A stretch of DNA of 27,092 nucleotides from a virus (taxonomy: Duplodnaviria > Caudoviricetes). Shown here piece after piece: positions 8,357-16,233 of this stretch. Positions within the stretch are counted from its first letter, which is position 1. Each line of letters begins with the position of its first letter. The translations under genes were made by a program, and so were the position numbers. Location of the stretch: the IMG/VR virus record IMGVR_UViG_3300020044_012869, positions 1-27,092 of that record. One strand, 5' to 3'. The notes under the pieces were generated by a model. The model searched no databases. It had not been told where the DNA came from and saw only the letters and a program-made list of their open reading frames with translations.

Positions 8357-8412
8357 ATCGAATAGAACATGGTGCCAGTACTGTGCTGGCGCCACACAGA
8401 AAGGAAACGACC
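8354..8412 (+). repeat. 59-bp intergenic repeat unit 4 (first ~15 nt diverged)
   Basis: TAGATCGAATAGAACATGGTGCCAGTACTGTGCTGGCGCCACACAGAAAGGAAACGACC, then ATG. Confidence 0.9.
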
Positions 8413-8694
8413 ATGAGTGTGCTGACCGATTTGCGCAGACCGATCACAGAGAGAATCGCAATCTCCATTTGTCGCGCAGACAATGACCAGATCTTGTACA
8501 CACATCAGTACTATGTGGCGATTGACCGCGAGTTTGCAAAACGCATTGTCGGTATGCTTGACTATGCTGACATCGAGTATGGCACACGTACCTATGCGGT
8601 CTTGCGCAACGACGAAGGCAGAATCCTCAATCCTGCTGATGGATACTGGCATGCAACGACACGAGAAGCACGTCGATACAGAAAGGGAATCTAA
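8413..8694 (+). CDS. Small early protein, cassette ORF 5 (93 aa, MSVLTDL...)
   Basis: ATG immediately after repeat 4. Confidence 0.85.
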   Translation: MSVLTDLRRPITERIAISICRADNDQILYTHQYYVAIDREFAKRIVGMLDYADIEYGTRTYAVLRNDEGRILNPADGYWHATTREARRYRKGI

Positions 8695-8999
8695 TGCACA
8701 ACGAATTCTATGCTTGGCTACGTCGCATGGGCCATGGCGCATACAAAGTTAAATTCACTATGGATGTGCGCAATGCTGAGATGCCAGCACTGCATGACGA
8801 CATCATGCGAGACTATCCCTTGTATCGCTTCATGATCCGTCGTCGAGATGTTGGAGCAGTGTACATCACTGCATCATGTGCATGCGTCTATCTTGTGGAG
8901 CGAGACGAAGACTACGTCTACCATGTGTGCGATGCACATCTGATGCTGACCATGCTGGAGGAAGCAAGATTCGATACGCAGCAGACGGATCCACTATGA
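8694..8999 (+). CDS. Hypothetical protein (101 aa)
   Basis: SD GAAAGGGA and TAATG coupling to the upstream ORF. Has CAC...HVCDAH, possibly metal-binding. Confidence 0.75.
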   Translation: MHNEFYAWLRRMGHGAYKVKFTMDVRNAEMPALHDDIMRDYPLYRFMIRRRDVGAVYITASCACVYLVERDEDYVYHVCDAHLMLTMLEEARFDTQQTDPL

Positions 9000-9235
9000 C
9001 CGCACCAAAGATTGCATGGCGCAATACTGGCATGACATGGCGTGTCTCATACGACACGCCAAATCGCCATTACTATGGCAGGATTGCATTGGGATTGGAT
9101 GGCATGTGGATTGGCACATTGGAAGAGACTGGTGGACGCAAAGGAAGAGTCGTCAAATCCTATGTCGGAAAGACTCTTATGGATGTGCGTACCATGATTG
9201 ACGCAGTACTGACTGCAAGAGGAATTCATCTATGA
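8996..9235 (+). CDS. Hypothetical protein (79 aa, MTAPKIAW...)
   Basis: ATGA overlaps at both ends. Confidence 0.7.
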   Translation: MTAPKIAWRNTGMTWRVSYDTPNRHYYGRIALGLDGMWIGTLEETGGRKGRVVKSYVGKTLMDVRTMIDAVLTARGIHL

Positions 9236-10035
9236 AGATTTGTCGAGATGATTTGCGATACACAGACGACGTCATTGCCACACTGCAAAGCGATAATCCG
9301 ACATGGTACATTGCTAAAGCAATCAACATACCAGAAGACGATGTGCTGTATCACTACGAAGAGACTCTTGGATTGGCGCACAATGGCACTGTGCTGTCGA
9401 TCACTGAAGAAGAACAAGAAGACGCATTTGATTGCGAAGAATTGCATGCTGGTCGGAAATGCAAATCGAATGTACTGCCATTAGATGCTGATTATTACGC
9501 ATCGCACACTGTGAAGCAGATTTGTCATGAATTCAATCTGTCAGACTCCACAGTGAGAAACTTTGTGCTTAAGTTTGGATTTAAGACCAGACGCGCAATT
9601 CGACCATCAACATACTACAATCGATGGCCGAGTGATCCTGCATGGTATGCAGAAAAGACGACCAGAGAGATTGCTGATACGCTCCATGTGGACACAAACA
9701 CAGTGAAAAAGTATTGCCACAAGCATGGCTTTGCAAGGAAAAGAATCTATACACACATCAAATGGCCAACAGATGCATCGTACTACGCAGCGAAGACGAC
9801 TGCTCAAATAGCAATCGATTTGGGCGCATCATCTGATTCAGTGAGAGATCACTGCAGACGACATGGATACACACGCATGCCATATCGCAAGGAAAATGGA
9901 TGGCCTAATAATCCCGAATGGTTTGCTTCTCGCACACGCAAGCAAATCTCTGCAGAATTAGGTATTGCATATCACACTGTACGAATGCGTATCTGGCGCA
10001 TGAACATTGTCTGTCTCGACGAGGAAGATGCTTGA
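9232..10035 (+). CDS. Tandem helix-turn-helix repeat protein, putative transcription regulator
   Basis: Four ~45-aa repeats with consensus WPxDxxxYAxxTxxQIAxxLxxxxxTVRxxxxxxGF, plus a possible N-terminal HTH. Confidence 0.75.
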   Translation: MKICRDDLRYTDDVIATLQSDNPTWYIAKAINIPEDDVLYHYEETLGLAHNGTVLSITEEEQEDAFDCEELHAGRKCKSNVLPLDADYYASHTVKQICHEFNLSDSTVRNFVLKFGFKTRRAIRPSTYYNRWPSDPAWYAEKTTREIADTLHVDTNTVKKYCHKHGFARKRIYTHIKWPTDASYYAAKTTAQIAIDLGASSDSVRDHCRRHGYTRMPYRKENGWPNNPEWFASRTRKQISAELGIAYHTVRMRIWRMNIVCLDEEDA

Positions 10036-10060
10036 CAGATAAATTGATATGCTATATGCT
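10032..10060 (+). promoter_or_regulatory. Early/middle promoter P2 (near-copy of P1)
   Basis: TTGACA (10032-10037), 17 bp, TATGCT (10055-10060). The spacer matches P1 at 16/17 positions and both are followed by CAGGTAAG. Confidence 0.8.
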
Positions 10061-10129
10061 GGACAGGTAAGCTTGGTACAACGCGCAATGCGCAGTACAT
10101 AATTGGTATCGTCAGAAAGGAAACGACCA

Positions 10130-10360
10130 ATGAGACACATCACTGAGGAACAGGCCAAGGAAATGCGCCAGACAGTCTCTGAGCGTAGTGCGTCGTATGT
10201 GGAGTTTGCTTCACAGGTAGCATATGTGATTGGCGATGTGATTGCCTATGACATCTACAGTGAAGAATTGCTTCGTCGCATCGATGTCGAGTGTGGCACA
10301 TACCAGATTGATCCCTTGGATGCCATTCCGACATGGGAAGACGTCAATCCAAACACCTAG
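10130..10360 (+). CDS. Hypothetical protein (76 aa, MRHITEE...)
   Basis: Preceded by the same RBS block, CAGAAAGGAAACGACC, as the cassette repeats. Confidence 0.8.
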   Translation: MRHITEEQAKEMRQTVSERSASYVEFASQVAYVIGDVIAYDIYSEELLRRIDVECGTYQIDPLDAIPTWEDVNPNT

Positions 10361-10374
10361 ACAACAGGAAGCCA

Positions 10375-10399
10375 TGGAGCAGTCGCTGTGACTGCTCCA
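10375..10399 (+). promoter_or_regulatory. Intergenic hairpin preceding an RBS
   Basis: TGGAGCAGTC (10375-10384) / GACTGCTCCA (10390-10399), then CTACACACAAGGGAG and ATG 10422. No U-tract. Confidence 0.6.
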
Positions 10400-10421
10400 C
10401 TACACACAAGGGAGAAACTCC

Positions 10422-11225
10422 ATGAGTGATTTTGAGCGCGATCTGCAAGACATCAACTATAGCCATGAGCGAGAAGACATTGGCGATGGTATTCCTCGCA
10501 TCTCTTGGCTATCAACGACGAAGACCACAGGCATTGTGGGGAAATTCTACGCACGCGCATCGCAATTGCCTGATCTGCTGGCACCATGGGAAAACGCAGA
10601 ATTGTTCGACGACGAAGATGGCTTTACTGCATCATCATTGCGTATTGTCGTCATTCGCACACGCACACAGGCATACACTGAAGAGACGACCAATGGCATT
10701 CGCACGAAGACATGGCATCCACACTGGAAAGCCAATGCCAACATGCGTCTGTACACTGAGATTCTCTGTCTCATTGAAGGCCATGATGATGTGGTCGTCT
10801 GGCCAGTCAAAGGTTTGGTCGGTCGAGGTGTCACAGCAATGAAGAGTGAATCTATCTTTGCAGCAATGCGAGATGTTGCGACGGAAGCAAAGAAGACTGC
10901 GAAACGCGACATTCCAAGCTTCATGTTTTGGACACCGATCACACAGCCATTGGACAGGAAGAATCGTTTGATTACGACTGACACAGGATATGGATCTTCA
11001 GTCATCATTCCAAAGATTGGCTTTGACATTGCCAAGATTGACCGCGATTTGTGCGCATCACTCTATGTCGGAAAGACCATGATGGAGAAAGCTCAGACTG
11101 CTTTCGAGGAATATCGCGACTGGTCAAAGGAAATGCGAAGCAATGACGAGATGCCTGCTGAGCAGGCAGTGCAAGAGACACGCAACACGCCGACTGAGTA
11201 TGATGAGGATTCTCGACCATTCTAG
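10422..11225 (+). CDS. Putative single-stranded DNA-binding/recombination protein
   Basis: 267 aa, aromatic-rich core, acidic tail ending EYDEDSRPF (SSB-type C-terminus), in the replication region. Confidence 0.55.
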   Translation: MSDFERDLQDINYSHEREDIGDGIPRISWLSTTKTTGIVGKFYARASQLPDLLAPWENAELFDDEDGFTASSLRIVVIRTRTQAYTEETTNGIRTKTWHPHWKANANMRLYTEILCLIEGHDDVVVWPVKGLVGRGVTAMKSESIFAAMRDVATEAKKTAKRDIPSFMFWTPITQPLDRKNRLITTDTGYGSSVIIPKIGFDIAKIDRDLCASLYVGKTMMEKAQTAFEEYRDWSKEMRSNDEMPAEQAVQETRNTPTEYDEDSRPF

Positions 11226-11232
11226 GTCGTAT

Positions 11233-11266
11233 TGAGATGCGCAGTGCTTACACACTGCGCATCTCA
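11233..11266 (+). promoter_or_regulatory. 14-bp perfect hairpin between the SSB-like and mom-like genes
   Basis: TGAGATGCGCAGTG (11233-11246) / CACTGCGCATCTCA (11253-11266); only a weak U-tract. Confidence 0.65.
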
Positions 11267-11307
11267 TTGGAGGTTTATATGCATCATAAAGCACAAGGAA
11301 ATACATA

Positions 11308-11976
11308 ATGAGCAAAGCAAAAGGAAAACTTTTAATACGCAATTTGTGTGGCGATGTGATAGGTGTTCAGTATCGAGATTTAATTTTAATTGAATCTCCA
11401 TCTTCCTTTGTTGATGATCTTGTGAAACGTCATCATTACTCAAAGAAATGCACTAGAAATAGAATGCTTTCTATGATTGTCACAAAAACTGACGATACTC
11501 AATACATGGGATTCATTCAACTAGGATATGGAATACGACCACACATGAAGCATACGATTAGTAATGACATTACTAAATCAAACTATGCAGAGTTTGACAG
11601 AATGTGGCTTTCTGATGATTTGCCTAAATACTCTGAGACGATAGTGATTTCAATGTTGCTATATTATCTGAAGATTGCAAAGCCAGAAATAATCTATTTA
11701 ATCACATACGCAGACGGATCGGTAGGGAATACAGGAACAATCTATAAAGCATCAAATGCATTTGTGCTTGATAAGATTCCTGTTGATTTCTATATGACTG
11801 CATCTGGAGAGCGCATTCATCCAGTCACACTCTGGCATCGACATAAAACAAGAGCAAAGGAAGCAATGGAAAAAATATATCCTGGCATCAAACACATCAC
11901 AAACGAATTTCAGTACAGATTTCTTTATGTACTAGATGAAAAAAAGCGCAAGCAGTTTATGGAGGCAGTGAAATGA
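11308..11976 (+). CDS. mom: Mom-like (GNAT-fold) DNA adenine modification protein
   Basis: Motifs 'RHHYS', 'EFDRMWLSD..PKYSET..IS', 'ITYAD...GNTGTIYKASN' match the Mu Mom family pattern. Visibly AT-rich. Confidence 0.75.
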   Translation: MSKAKGKLLIRNLCGDVIGVQYRDLILIESPSSFVDDLVKRHHYSKKCTRNRMLSMIVTKTDDTQYMGFIQLGYGIRPHMKHTISNDITKSNYAEFDRMWLSDDLPKYSETIVISMLLYYLKIAKPEIIYLITYADGSVGNTGTIYKASNAFVLDKIPVDFYMTASGERIHPVTLWHRHKTRAKEAMEKIYPGIKHITNEFQYRFLYVLDEKKRKQFMEAVK

Positions 11977-12146
11977 CGACCAAACCTGGACGGAAACCCT
12001 CTGGCATCACATCGGTATACATCAGCGTGCGACTGCCATTGAGCATCGCACAAGCACTGCATGTGCTGGCAGAATCGAAGAAGACGTCGAGGAATAAGCT
12101 TATTGGCGATGTGCTACGCGCAGTCGCATCTGAGGTGCAGGAATGA
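11973..12146 (+). CDS. Ribbon-helix-helix (Arc/CopG-like) DNA-binding protein, 57 aa; absent from the ORF track
   Basis: SD GGAGG, ATGA overlaps at both ends. MTTKPGRKPSGITSVYISVRLPLSIAQALHVLAESKKTSRNKLIGDVLRAVASEVQE fits the RHH pattern. Confidence 0.75.
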   Translation: MTTKPGRKPSGITSVYISVRLPLSIAQALHVLAESKKTSRNKLIGDVLRAVASEVQE

Positions 12147-12454
12147 AACCATTGGACAATTTGGAAGAAATGCTGAAAACCTATCCAAAGCAATACGAAG
12201 CATTCATGGTTAACTGCGACCAATTAGCCACACAGCATGTCATCAAATCATCAGCGTATGGCGCCAATGCGATTGGCAGGTTTGGGCTCCATGGCATCGT
12301 TGTGCGCATGAGTGACAAAATCGAGAGACTCATCACACTGTCTACCAATCCACATACGACGACTGATGATGAATCCATCGACGACACACTGCGCGATCTG
12401 GCAGGATACGCCATCAATGCACTGATACTGCGACAAGGGAAATGGGGAAAATAA
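12143..12454 (+). CDS. DUF1599/Nmad1-like nucleotide-modification-associated protein (MazG-like helical fold)
   Basis: 'K...YG....G.HGIVVRMSDKIERL...DESIDDTLRDLAGYAI'. Confidence 0.75.
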   Translation: MKPLDNLEEMLKTYPKQYEAFMVNCDQLATQHVIKSSAYGANAIGRFGLHGIVVRMSDKIERLITLSTNPHTTTDDESIDDTLRDLAGYAINALILRQGKWGK

Positions 12455-12696
12455 TGTACGATAGCAAAGAACACGCAGAAAAACTACGCATACGACGCAA
12501 TGCAATCAGGAAGCAAGCAAAGCATCTTGACAAATGCATTTTGGATTTGCATGGCGCAATCAGTCTGTTGATGACACGTCCAGACTCTGTCTTGCAATGG
12601 CAGGCAGATCAGGCCATTGGCATTGTCCAAGAGTCTCTGAGCTTGCTCCAGCATCTGGTCAATACGTACAACTATCCAGACGAGAAAAACGCATGA
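12454..12696 (+). CDS. Hypothetical helical protein (80 aa)
   Basis: TAATG and ATGA coupling with both neighbours. Confidence 0.65.
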   Translation: MYDSKEHAEKLRIRRNAIRKQAKHLDKCILDLHGAISLLMTRPDSVLQWQADQAIGIVQESLSLLQHLVNTYNYPDEKNA

Positions 12697-15038
12697 ATAT
12701 TGACGACCTGAAATCGCAGCCAAGATGGGTATGCTACACAGCAAAGAAAATTCCTGTGGATGCCAAATCTGGACGCAATGCATCGTCCACAGACTCGTCC
12801 ACATGGACGACACATGACGAAGCAGAGAAGGCAGTAGGCAAATACAACACTGTTGGTGTTGGCTTTGTGCTGACTGGAGACGGCATTGTTGGCATCGACC
12901 TAGACGCATGTCTCACATCGATGCCTGACGGATCGGTGAAGCCATCATCTGTCGCGAAGCAGGCATTGTATTTCGCCAAATCCTACAGCGAGATATCGCC
13001 TAGTGGAGCAGGTCTGCATATCATTGGCACTGCCAAGATTCCAGAAGATGCCAGACTCAAAGGCCGCACATCTGGTGGCGATAAAGTAGAGATATACGAG
13101 ACTGCAAGATATTTCACATTCACTGAGAATCTCACTGAAGGATCATCTGAGGAATTGACCGACATCCAAGATGCCGTCGATTGGCTTATCGAGGAATTGA
13201 AGGATGCACATCAGGCAGAAAAACCTTTGCCAAATGTCGCACCAAGCAATGCTGACTATCCAGATGCATGGGTAAAGGAAGTAATGCAGCGACGCATCAA
13301 TGCAGGTATACGCATGGTCGCAAATGCAATCGAAGGCGATAGACACGAGACACGCATTCGCGCAGGCAGACTCATTGGAGGATATCTTGCTGGCGCAGAA
13401 TCCATTGGCTTTTCTCAATACTCTGACGATCAGATTGCTGACATCCTCTATGGCGCACAGATTCCTCGCACTGGCGCACAGCGACAAGAGAGAAAAGCAA
13501 TCGTTGATGGCATTGGCTATGGACGACAGGCACCATTGCCCATTCCTCGACCAACAGCGAAAGCAGTGCCCATCAAAACATCGTCACAGGATGCACTGAC
13601 AGACTCTCAGACAGACGATGTCGCAATAATCGATGCTCCATACCATCACACAGATGTTGGCAATGGAAAAAGACTGGTAGACGCAACACGAGACAAACTG
13701 CGATATGTGCCAGAATGGAAAGCATGGCTTGTATGGAATGGGCAAAGATGGGAGCATACTGACGTCCATGCAGTCAAACGACTGGCACACGCAGTTGTTC
13801 TCGACATGTACAAGGAAGCTGGTGGCAATCTCGCAATCAATGCCGATTTAGCCAAATGGGCACTGAAGAGTGAATCCACATCGCGCATCGATGGCATGAT
13901 TGCAGAAGCTCAGCCATATCTGGTCGCAAAGCCAGCAGAATTTGATTCCTCTCCATGGCTTTTCAACTGCGCCAATTGCGTCGTCGATTTGCGTACCATG
14001 TCTGTCATCAAGCATGATCCTGCACTGATGCTGACGAAAATCGTCAATGTGGACTACAAGGAAATTCCCATGTCGCAGAAATGGCAGACATTCCTTCGAA
14101 CAGTCTTCCAAGACGATACCGATCTCATAGACTACGTCCAGAAAGCTGTCGGATATACCATGACTGGCAGCACAGACGAACATTGTCTGTTCTTCTGCTA
14201 TGGCAATGGTGCCAATGGCAAATCGTCTTTCATGAAAGCCATAAGCATCATTGCTGGAGACTATGGCACCACATCGTCTATCGAAGCATTGCTTGACCAC
14301 AGACAAGATGGCGAAGGTGCGACACCAATGATTGCAGCATTGGTAGGCAAACGATTCGCCATGGCCTCAGAGATGCCAGAAGGAAGAAAACTGAATGAAT
14401 CCAGAGTGAAAGACATCACTGGTGGCGATGCGATCACTGCCAGAACACTCTACGGAAAACCATTCGTCTTCAATCCGTCGCACACACTCTGGATTACTGG
14501 CAATCACAAACCTCGCATCACAGGTCTTGATGTGGGCATCTGGCGCAGACTGCGCATCCTGCCATTCACTGCAACAATTCCAGAAGAACAGCGAAAAGAT
14601 CCGAGAGAATTAGAAGCCATGTTTCATGAGGAAGCAGAAGCCATTCTGCAATGGACGATCTTTGGCGCACATCTCTGGTATCAAAATGGTCTCCAATCCT
14701 GCGAAGCCGTCGAGAAAGCAACGACGGAATATCGCGGAGAAGAAGACATCGTTGCGCGATTCATCCAGCAGAGATGCGTCATGAATCTCACTGCTGTCGT
14801 CAGCAAACACACGCTTTACGATGCATGGAAGGAATGGGCAGAAGACGAAGGCGAGAGAGGTGCATCATTCAAATCGCAACGATGGCTTGTGCAGCAATTG
14901 CTGACACGATACGCAGAGATTGGTGCAGTCTCGCACAATCGATCATCTGTGTTTGGCATTGGGATGCTTGATGAGTTTCGCAATACGCCAGATGAAGCAA
15001 GGCCGTCGCGCAGTCAAATGCGACGTGGCGAAGCATAA
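12693..15038 (+). CDS. Primase-polymerase / D5-type SF3 helicase (P4-family-like), 781 aa
   Basis: N-terminal prim-pol motifs 'GIDLD', 'YSEISPSGAGLHI', 'EIYE..RYFT'; D5_N 'TDVGNGKRL'; Walker A GNGANGKS; 'VKDITGGD.ITAR', 'NHKP', 'WRRL'. Start at the ATGA overlap 12693. Confidence 0.92.
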   Translation: MNIDDLKSQPRWVCYTAKKIPVDAKSGRNASSTDSSTWTTHDEAEKAVGKYNTVGVGFVLTGDGIVGIDLDACLTSMPDGSVKPSSVAKQALYFAKSYSEISPSGAGLHIIGTAKIPEDARLKGRTSGGDKVEIYETARYFTFTENLTEGSSEELTDIQDAVDWLIEELKDAHQAEKPLPNVAPSNADYPDAWVKEVMQRRINAGIRMVANAIEGDRHETRIRAGRLIGGYLAGAESIGFSQYSDDQIADILYGAQIPRTGAQRQERKAIVDGIGYGRQAPLPIPRPTAKAVPIKTSSQDALTDSQTDDVAIIDAPYHHTDVGNGKRLVDATRDKLRYVPEWKAWLVWNGQRWEHTDVHAVKRLAHAVVLDMYKEAGGNLAINADLAKWALKSESTSRIDGMIAEAQPYLVAKPAEFDSSPWLFNCANCVVDLRTMSVIKHDPALMLTKIVNVDYKEIPMSQKWQTFLRTVFQDDTDLIDYVQKAVGYTMTGSTDEHCLFFCYGNGANGKSSFMKAISIIAGDYGTTSSIEALLDHRQDGEGATPMIAALVGKRFAMASEMPEGRKLNESRVKDITGGDAITARTLYGKPFVFNPSHTLWITGNHKPRITGLDVGIWRRLRILPFTATIPEEQRKDPRELEAMFHEEAEAILQWTIFGAHLWYQNGLQSCEAVEKATTEYRGEEDIVARFIQQRCVMNLTAVVSKHTLYDAWKEWAEDEGERGASFKSQRWLVQQLLTRYAEIGAVSHNRSSVFGIGMLDEFRNTPDEARPSRSQMRRGEA

Positions 15039-15043
15039 TCGTG

Positions 15044-15145
15044 TGCATTAAGACATTAAGTACAACATGTTTTCCGAGAGTTTCTACTATATTCTCTTCA
15101 TGTACATACTTTACAAAAAACATACCTACTTAATGTCTTAATGCA
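15044..15145. repeat. 19-bp perfect inverted repeat flanking an AT-rich core; candidate replication origin
   Basis: TGCATTAAGACATTAAGTA (15044-15062) / TACTTAATGTCTTAATGCA (15127-15145). Each arm has two CATTAAG copies. Confidence 0.7.
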
Positions 15146-15155
15146 GTGAAGGAAG

Positions 15156-15641
15156 ATGAAAATGGCCAAGCGAGAGAAAGGCGATCTGTTCATGGATACA
15201 AAAACCGACAACAGTCCAATCATAAAAAAGAATGTGCCATCACTGTGTCTTTGTTGCATGCGAGGCATGGATACTGCGACACCATATCCCCAGCTTTGCA
15301 CACTGTGCAGGAAGGATACGCATGGAGCATTGACCATTGTGGCGCATGAGGTAGACGAATTGGAAACCACATGGCGCACTGCACTGCGCACATCACAGAT
15401 CGACACGCAACAGCGATTCGTGTCCATGATGGAATCTGCTTCGTCTGCGTATGGCCCCAATTCAGCAATGAAACGCAAAGAGGCCATTGACCGATTCAAT
15501 GTGCGACTCGATGCCAGCATTGTGCAAGGTGGCGAATTCGCCATGCTTGCATCCAAATGGCGCCAATGGAAAACACGCAGTAGTGATCGGGATTTGATTC
15601 AGATTATGCTTGCATTCACTGGCGAAGGTGTGCAGAAATGA
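15156..15641 (+). CDS. Hypothetical protein with CxxC...CxxC zinc-ribbon
   Basis: SD AAGGAAG; 'CLCC...LCTLC'. Confidence 0.7.
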   Translation: MKMAKREKGDLFMDTKTDNSPIIKKNVPSLCLCCMRGMDTATPYPQLCTLCRKDTHGALTIVAHEVDELETTWRTALRTSQIDTQQRFVSMMESASSAYGPNSAMKRKEAIDRFNVRLDASIVQGGEFAMLASKWRQWKTRSSDRDLIQIMLAFTGEGVQK

Positions 15642-16066
15642 GCAAGGGATATGTGCCAAGGTTTCGCCAGAAGCTGGACGACAATCACAAGGCCATTGTG
15701 GCAGCACTGACATACTGTGGTGCCATGGTCGCAGACCTGAGCAATGCTGGTGGTGGTGTACCTGATTTACTCTGTGGCTATCGTGGCACAATCTTCTGTG
15801 TAGAAGTAAAATCTCCAAAGGGATCGCTGAGCGTAAAGCAAAAAGAATTCTTTGCGCAATGGTCTGAATATCCAGCAGTCGTCATACGTACAGTAGACGA
15901 GGCCATGGACATGATGGAGATACTGCGCAATGCGTATGATTTATCGGAAGTTGATTGGCAGGTATTGGTACCACATCGACGCAGGGCCAAGCGGAAGGTG
16001 GATGATGGTCAGAGAGAAAGCAGACGACGAGCAAGACGAGGTAGTGACACGAGGCAGCAGGATTGA
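15638..16066 (+). CDS. VRR-NUC / PD-(D/E)XK nuclease (Holliday-junction resolvase-like)
   Basis: 'GVPDLLCGYRG....VEVKSPKG.LS..QKEF'. Confidence 0.85.
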   Translation: MSKGYVPRFRQKLDDNHKAIVAALTYCGAMVADLSNAGGGVPDLLCGYRGTIFCVEVKSPKGSLSVKQKEFFAQWSEYPAVVIRTVDEAMDMMEILRNAYDLSEVDWQVLVPHRRRAKRKVDDGQRESRRRARRGSDTRQQD

Positions 16067-16142
16067 TGCCACACTGGCACTCATCTTAGAAGACATCGTT
16101 GAAGAATTGCAGGCATTAGCAGAAGAGGTGCAGAGTGATTGA
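16002..16142 (+). CDS. Small acidic hypothetical protein (46 aa)
   Basis: SD GGAAGGTG before ATG 16002. Overlaps the low-complexity tail of the nuclease ORF. Confidence 0.45.
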   Translation: MMVREKADDEQDEVVTRGSRIDATLALILEDIVEELQALAEEVQSD

Positions 16143-16233
16143 GTTTATTGCAGGTTTGATTGTTGGCTTTGTTGCTTCGATTATCACAATGACTGTTGGC
16201 ATGGTACTGGAGCGTAAACGATGGGAGCCGTAG
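16135..16233 (+). CDS. Single-pass membrane micropeptide (32 aa); absent from the ORF track
   Basis: SD GAGGTG, GTG start. MIEFIAGLIVGFVASIITMTVGMVLERKRWEP. Confidence 0.6.
   Translation: MIEFIAGLIVGFVASIITMTVGMVLERKRWEP

Noticed and set aside
7481-8412. The 59-bp repeats as a CRISPR array (palindromic, with GGAAAC near the 3' end)
   Set aside because: The spacers are about 200-280-nt intact ORFs of unequal length, the repeat contains an SD, and there are no cas genes. Cas6 mimicry cannot be excluded but has no direct support.
7481-8412. The repeats as integron attC sites ('59-base elements')
   Set aside because: There are no RYYYAAC/GTTRRRY core ends, the palindrome covers only the central 25 nt, and no tyrosine recombinase is encoded. 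The matching length looks coincidental.
7189-8694. ORF-track proteins sharing 'VLAPHRKETTM' (7189, 7845, 8108, 8326) as a repeated peptide domain
   Set aside because: This is just the translated intergenic repeat. The real starts are the ATGs after the SD at 7540, 7875, 8138 and 8413.
12534-12692. N-terminal 53-aa extension of the primase in the ORF track
   Set aside because: It overlaps the upstream gene completely. ATG 12693 forms the ATGA coupling typical of this genome and starts at the prim-pol domain.
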